This document shows positions 36,805 to 40,218 of a stretch of 40,218 nucleotides of DNA, piece by piece (within the stretch, counting starts at the first letter, position 1; every line of letters begins with the position of its first letter). This DNA comes from Escherichia phage CLB_P1. The stretch is from sequence record KC109329.1. One strand, given 5' to 3'. Below the pieces are notes generated by a model. That model was not told where the DNA came from. It did no database searches and saw only the letters and a list, made by a program, of their open reading frames with translations. The position numbers and the translations under genes were made by a program.

Positions 36805-37588
36805 TATTATTACTTTGAAAACTGACGTAGTTTGGCATTTTGCTACTGGTACACCCTCTGGACTGAAGAACGCATCCGGTCACTTGTTATCTGGTACAAT
36901 ATACGTGAAAGTCCCAGCTAACGCCGAGTCTACAAGGATTACACTAAGCGACGGTACGTCTGCTACTGGTAATTTCTCCGATGGTGGCGGCTGGCCTCTA
37001 CAATCAGGCAGTGTACGTCTGGAAGTGGTTGGTAACACAGAAGACGACTTCCTTATTCTTAAAGTCACCAAGCTGAATGACAGTGGCGTCGGACTTGTTA
37101 AGGTAGAGTATACTTATCGGGAGTCACGTCCTGTATCCCACGCTGAGTATTCTCTGGATACCTTCAACTGGTCAGGAACCCAAGTGTGTGCGGCTGGTCA
37201 GTTCACTAACCTAATGACTCTACCTTTAGTGAAGGGAGTGGATAGCGGCGTCGTTACTATCTCCGAAGGAAAGATGCTGTTCCCAGCTAAAGAGGGACTC
37301 AGTAGTGTAAACTTCGTCGTTCGGTTCGCTGGTGAGTTCCCTACAGCCTCAGCTCATAAGTGGCGATTGCAGCTTCGTAGACCAGATAACACTACCCTAT
37401 CTTCCGTGACGGACACAGATGACCAGCAGTCATTCACCATTCGTGAGGCAGCCATCCATAGCTACATAGCTAATACAGACGACCCGTTCGTTACTACTGG
37501 CATCATGCTTGGCATTGAAGTTACCGGGTCTGAGGACCTTACTCTGTCCTCCCTGACTGTTCGCGTTGACTGCATCTTTAACTCTTAA
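36797..37588 (+). CDS. Hypothetical protein of unknown function (263 aa) between the spanin genes and terminase large subunit
   Basis: ATG overlaps the spanin stop (ATGGGTAA); long uninterrupted ORF with genome-typical composition; no recognised motif and no T7 counterpart at this position. Confidence 0.6.
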   Translation: MGNIITLKTDVVWHFATGTPSGLKNASGHLLSGTIYVKVPANAESTRITLSDGTSATGNFSDGGGWPLQSGSVRLEVVGNTEDDFLILKVTKLNDSGVGLVKVEYTYRESRPVSHAEYSLDTFNWSGTQVCAAGQFTNLMTLPLVKGVDSGVVTISEGKMLFPAKEGLSSVNFVVRFAGEFPTASAHKWRLQLRRPDNTTLSSVTDTDDQQSFTIREAAIHSYIANTDDPFVTTGIMLGIEVTGSEDLTLSSLTVRVDCIFNS

Positions 37589-37599
37589 GAGGTGAAGCA

Positions 37600-39363
37600 T
37601 TGAGTAAAGACTTAGTGGCGCGTCAGGCGCTAATGACTGCACGTATGAAGGCAGACTTCGTGTTCTTCCTGTTCGTCCTGTGGAAAGCTCTGTCACTCCC
37701 AGTCCCGACTCGCTGTCAGATTGACATGGCGAAGAAACTATCGGCTGGGGACAACAGGCGCTTCATCCTACAGGCGTTCCGTGGTATAGGGAAGTCCTTC
37801 ATTACGTGTGCCTTCGTTGTCTGGAAGCTATGGAACAACCCAGACTTGAAGTTCATGATTGTGTCTGCCTCAAAGGAACGAGCCGATGCTAACTCCATCT
37901 TCATCAAGCGTATCATCGACCTCATGCCTCAGCTTCGGGAACTCAAACCTAAGCAGGGACAGCGAGATGCGGTTATCAGCTTCGACGTTGGACCAGCCAA
38001 GCCAGACCACTCACCTTCGGTTAAGTCAGTTGGTATCACAGGTCAGTTGACTGGTAGTCGTGCTGACATCTTGATTGCCGATGACGTAGAGGTTCCGAAC
38101 AACTCAGCGACTCAGGCTGCACGAGACCGTCTGTCAGAGCTTGTGAAAGAGTTCGACGCTATCCTGAAGCCGGGAGGTACAATCATCTATCTGGGTACTC
38201 CTCAGAACGAGATGACCTTGTATCGTGAGCTGGAAGGCCGTGGGTACACCACTACTATCTGGCCTGCTCGTTATCCACGCGACAGGAAGGACTGGCAGTC
38301 TTACGGCGACCGTCTGGCACCGATGCTTCAGGCAGAGCTTGAAGAGGACCCTGAGGCCTTCTACTGGCGTCCGACCGATGAAGTTCGCTTCGACGATACT
38401 GACCTGAAGGAACGTGAGCTGTCCTATGGTAAAGCTGGCTTCGCTCTACAGTTCATGCTTAACCCGAACCTGAGTGATGCCGAGAAGTACCCTCTGAAGC
38501 TCCGTGACCTTATCGTAGCAGACTTGGACCCAGCATCCAGCCCAATGGTCTACCAATGGTTGCCTAACCCTCAGAACAAGCGTGAGGACGTTCCTAACGT
38601 TGGACTCATGGGCGACTCATACCACACGTACCAGACTGTAGGTTCTGCCTTCAGTTCGTACACCCAGAAGATTCTGGTCATTGACCCTAGCGGTCGTGGT
38701 AAGGATGAAACTGGTTATGCGGTACTGTATCAGCTCAACGGCTACATCTTCGCTATGGAAGTCGGAGGTATGCGTGGTGGTTATGAAGACTCTACTCTGG
38801 AAGCGCTAGCTAAGATTGGTCGTAAGTGGAAGGTCAACGAATACGTCATTGAGGGTAACTTCGGTGATGGTATGTACCTTGAGCTATTCAAGCCTGTAGC
38901 GGCCCGTATCCATCCTGCGGCTGTAACTGAAGTGAAGAGTAAGGGTCAGAAAGAACTCCGCATCTGTGACGTTCTGGAGCCTATCATGGGGTCTCACAGA
39001 CTTATCGTCAACGCTGCTGCTATCGTCCAAGACTATCAGACAGCCGCTGATAAGGATGGTGTTCGTAACCCTATCTACTCTCTCTTCTACCAGATGACAC
39101 GTATCTCTCGTGAACGCGGAGCCTTGGCACACGATGACCGACTTGATGCGCTGGCTATCGGTGTACAGTTCTTCGTTGAGTCTATGGCTAAGGATGCCAA
39201 CAAAGGCGAACGTGAAGTCACTGAGGAGTGGCTGGAGGAACAGATGGAGAACCCACGGAAAGGCTTCGAGTCCATCCACACTGAGTTCTGGGACAATGGG
39301 GTCCGGGTAACTCACAATACGGACGACGAGCTGGGACTAGGGGCTTACGTTACGTTCCACTAG
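37600..39363 (+). CDS. Terminase large subunit (T7 gene 19 homolog), probable TTG start
   Basis: Walker A-like [16 protein letters not shown], nuclease-domain region; 587 aa like T7 gp19; GAGGTGA RBS 5 nt before TTG at 37600, no RBS before the first in-frame ATG. Confidence 0.93.
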   Translation: MSKDLVARQALMTARMKADFVFFLFVLWKALSLPVPTRCQIDMAKKLSAGDNRRFILQAFRGIGKSFITCAFVVWKLWNNPDLKFMIVSASKERADANSIFIKRIIDLMPQLRELKPKQGQRDAVISFDVGPAKPDHSPSVKSVGITGQLTGSRADILIADDVEVPNNSATQAARDRLSELVKEFDAILKPGGTIIYLGTPQNEMTLYRELEGRGYTTTIWPARYPRDRKDWQSYGDRLAPMLQAELEEDPEAFYWRPTDEVRFDDTDLKERELSYGKAGFALQFMLNPNLSDAEKYPLKLRDLIVADLDPASSPMVYQWLPNPQNKREDVPNVGLMGDSYHTYQTVGSAFSSYTQKILVIDPSGRGKDETGYAVLYQLNGYIFAMEVGGMRGGYEDSTLEALAKIGRKWKVNEYVIEGNFGDGMYLELFKPVAARIHPAAVTEVKSKGQKELRICDVLEPIMGSHRLIVNAAAIVQDYQTAADKDGVRNPIYSLFYQMTRISRERGALAHDDRLDALAIGVQFFVESMAKDANKGEREVTEEWLEEQMENPRKGFESIHTEFWDNGVRVTHNTDDELGLGAYVTFH

Positions 39364-39453
39364 CTGAATAACTATAGGCGAAAACTGAATTAATAAGCAG
39401 TTAGTAACCTATAGTTACTACCAGTCTAACCTACTGTTTTACAAGGAGTTTGG

Positions 39454-39476
39454 ACTTAACTATCACTATAGGGAAG
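39454..39476 (+). promoter_or_regulatory. Phage RNAP promoter near the right end (ACTTAACTATCACTATA/GGGAAG), phiOR equivalent
   Basis: Consensus core read directly; located between terminase and the right-end small gene as in T7. Confidence 0.65.
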
Positions 39477-39656
39477 ACCCCCGGTTACTTATAGTATTAC
39501 TGTAGTGAATATACATATGCAGACTTTATGCAAGACCTTAGGAGGCAGACTCAGAGTTCTTACCTAAGGCTTGCACCGATGGAAGGAGGGTGATATTAAT
39601 CATAATCCCTCCAATACAGATAGTCACCGACCATAGATACAGGAGGTATGTAGCAT

Positions 39657-39815
39657 ATGGAAAAGACCAAAGCTGTACTTAAAGCTCTGGCGACCAATCG
39701 AGCTACATACAGGTTTCTTGCTGCTGTTCTACTTGCTGCTGGCGTTACTGCTGGAAGTAAGTGGGTCGGGTGGGTCGAGACTCTCGTATGTTCTCTGGTG
39801 TCTGAGTGTAATTAA
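39657..39815 (+). CDS. Small membrane protein (52 aa), gene 19.5 position
   Basis: ATG at 39657 with AGGAGG 10 nt upstream; hydrophobic core FLAAVLLAAGVTAG; not in the supplied track because it is under 60 aa. Confidence 0.5.
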   Translation: MEKTKAVLKALATNRATYRFLAAVLLAAGVTAGSKWVGWVETLVCSLVSECN

Positions 39816-39972
39816 CGCAATCATGGTAACAATCAACGAAAGCAAGACCTAAGGTCAGTTCATAGCTGACGCTACTCTACTGACCTTAGCTACTGTAGTC
39901 AAGGACTTTAGGTAACACCTTAAGAGAAGCTCACTTAGGGTCATCCTACTGATTGGTCTATCCTAGTGTCGC

Positions 39973-40016
39973 CTGACCTACGGTCCTTGACCTACAGTGG
40001 CTGTGGCCTACAGTAG
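39973..40016 (+). repeat. Right-end short direct repeats (CCTAC[G/A]GT units)
   Basis: Units at 39977, 39991 and 40008; same motif family as the left-end array at 21-107. Confidence 0.5.
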
Positions 40017-40052
40017 TGACGATGAGTTTTGGACCAAAAGTTTGAGACCACA

Positions 40053-40218
40053 TCTCACAGTTCAAGAACCTAAAGTCTCCCCATAGGCCCTCTTTCAGTC
40101 CAGACCAAAGGCCCTACCCCAGTCTATCATAAGGTTGGACCGATGGTCAAGACGTTAGGTCGACGATAGGTTGAGGCTATGGCTTAGGGAAGGACGATAG
40201 GTTGGGACTATTGGTCTT
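40053..40218 (+). repeat. Probable terminal repeat (one copy present; genome appears rotated so that it lies at the window end)
   Basis: Begins TCTCACAGTT...CCTAAAGT, matching the first bases of the T7 terminal repeat (TCTCACAGTG...CCTAAAGT); exact extent cannot be set from a single copy. Confidence 0.4.

Overview
This window looks like a complete, co-linear genome of a T7-like podovirus (Autographiviridae), with every convincing gene on the + strand. No database search was possible, so all homology calls rest on remembered T7 protein sequences and on motifs read directly from the sequence. The order follows T7: host-promoter-driven early genes (including an Ocr-like protein), single-subunit RNA polymerase, DNA metabolism genes (ligase, SSB, endonuclease I, lysozyme, primase/helicase, DNA polymerase, exonuclease), then portal, scaffold, capsid, tail, internal virion proteins, tail fiber, holin, spanins and terminase. 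Eleven copies of a phage promoter (consensus CCTAAACTATCACTATAGGGA) punctuate the genome. The sequence appears rotated relative to T7 convention: a T7-like terminal-repeat start (TCTCACAG...) sits at 40053, so the physical left end is probably there. The most notable features are: (1) the DNA polymerase gene is split by a ~598-nt intervening sequence with group I intron hallmarks that carries an HNH homing endonuclease; (2) a 263-aa ORF of unknown function between the spanin genes and the large terminase, with no T7 counterpart; (3) a low-GC, apparently acquired receptor-binding module (divergent tail-fiber C-terminus plus a separate 432-aa putative tailspike); (4) an unknown first early gene upstream of an Ocr-like protein that carries an extra C-terminal ~60 aa; (5) a -1 frameshift site identical to T7's (G GUU UUC) giving a capsid 10B form. 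Two further free-standing HNH endonucleases are present, and no T7 gene 0.7 kinase homolog was recognised. No tRNA genes or CRISPR arrays were seen.
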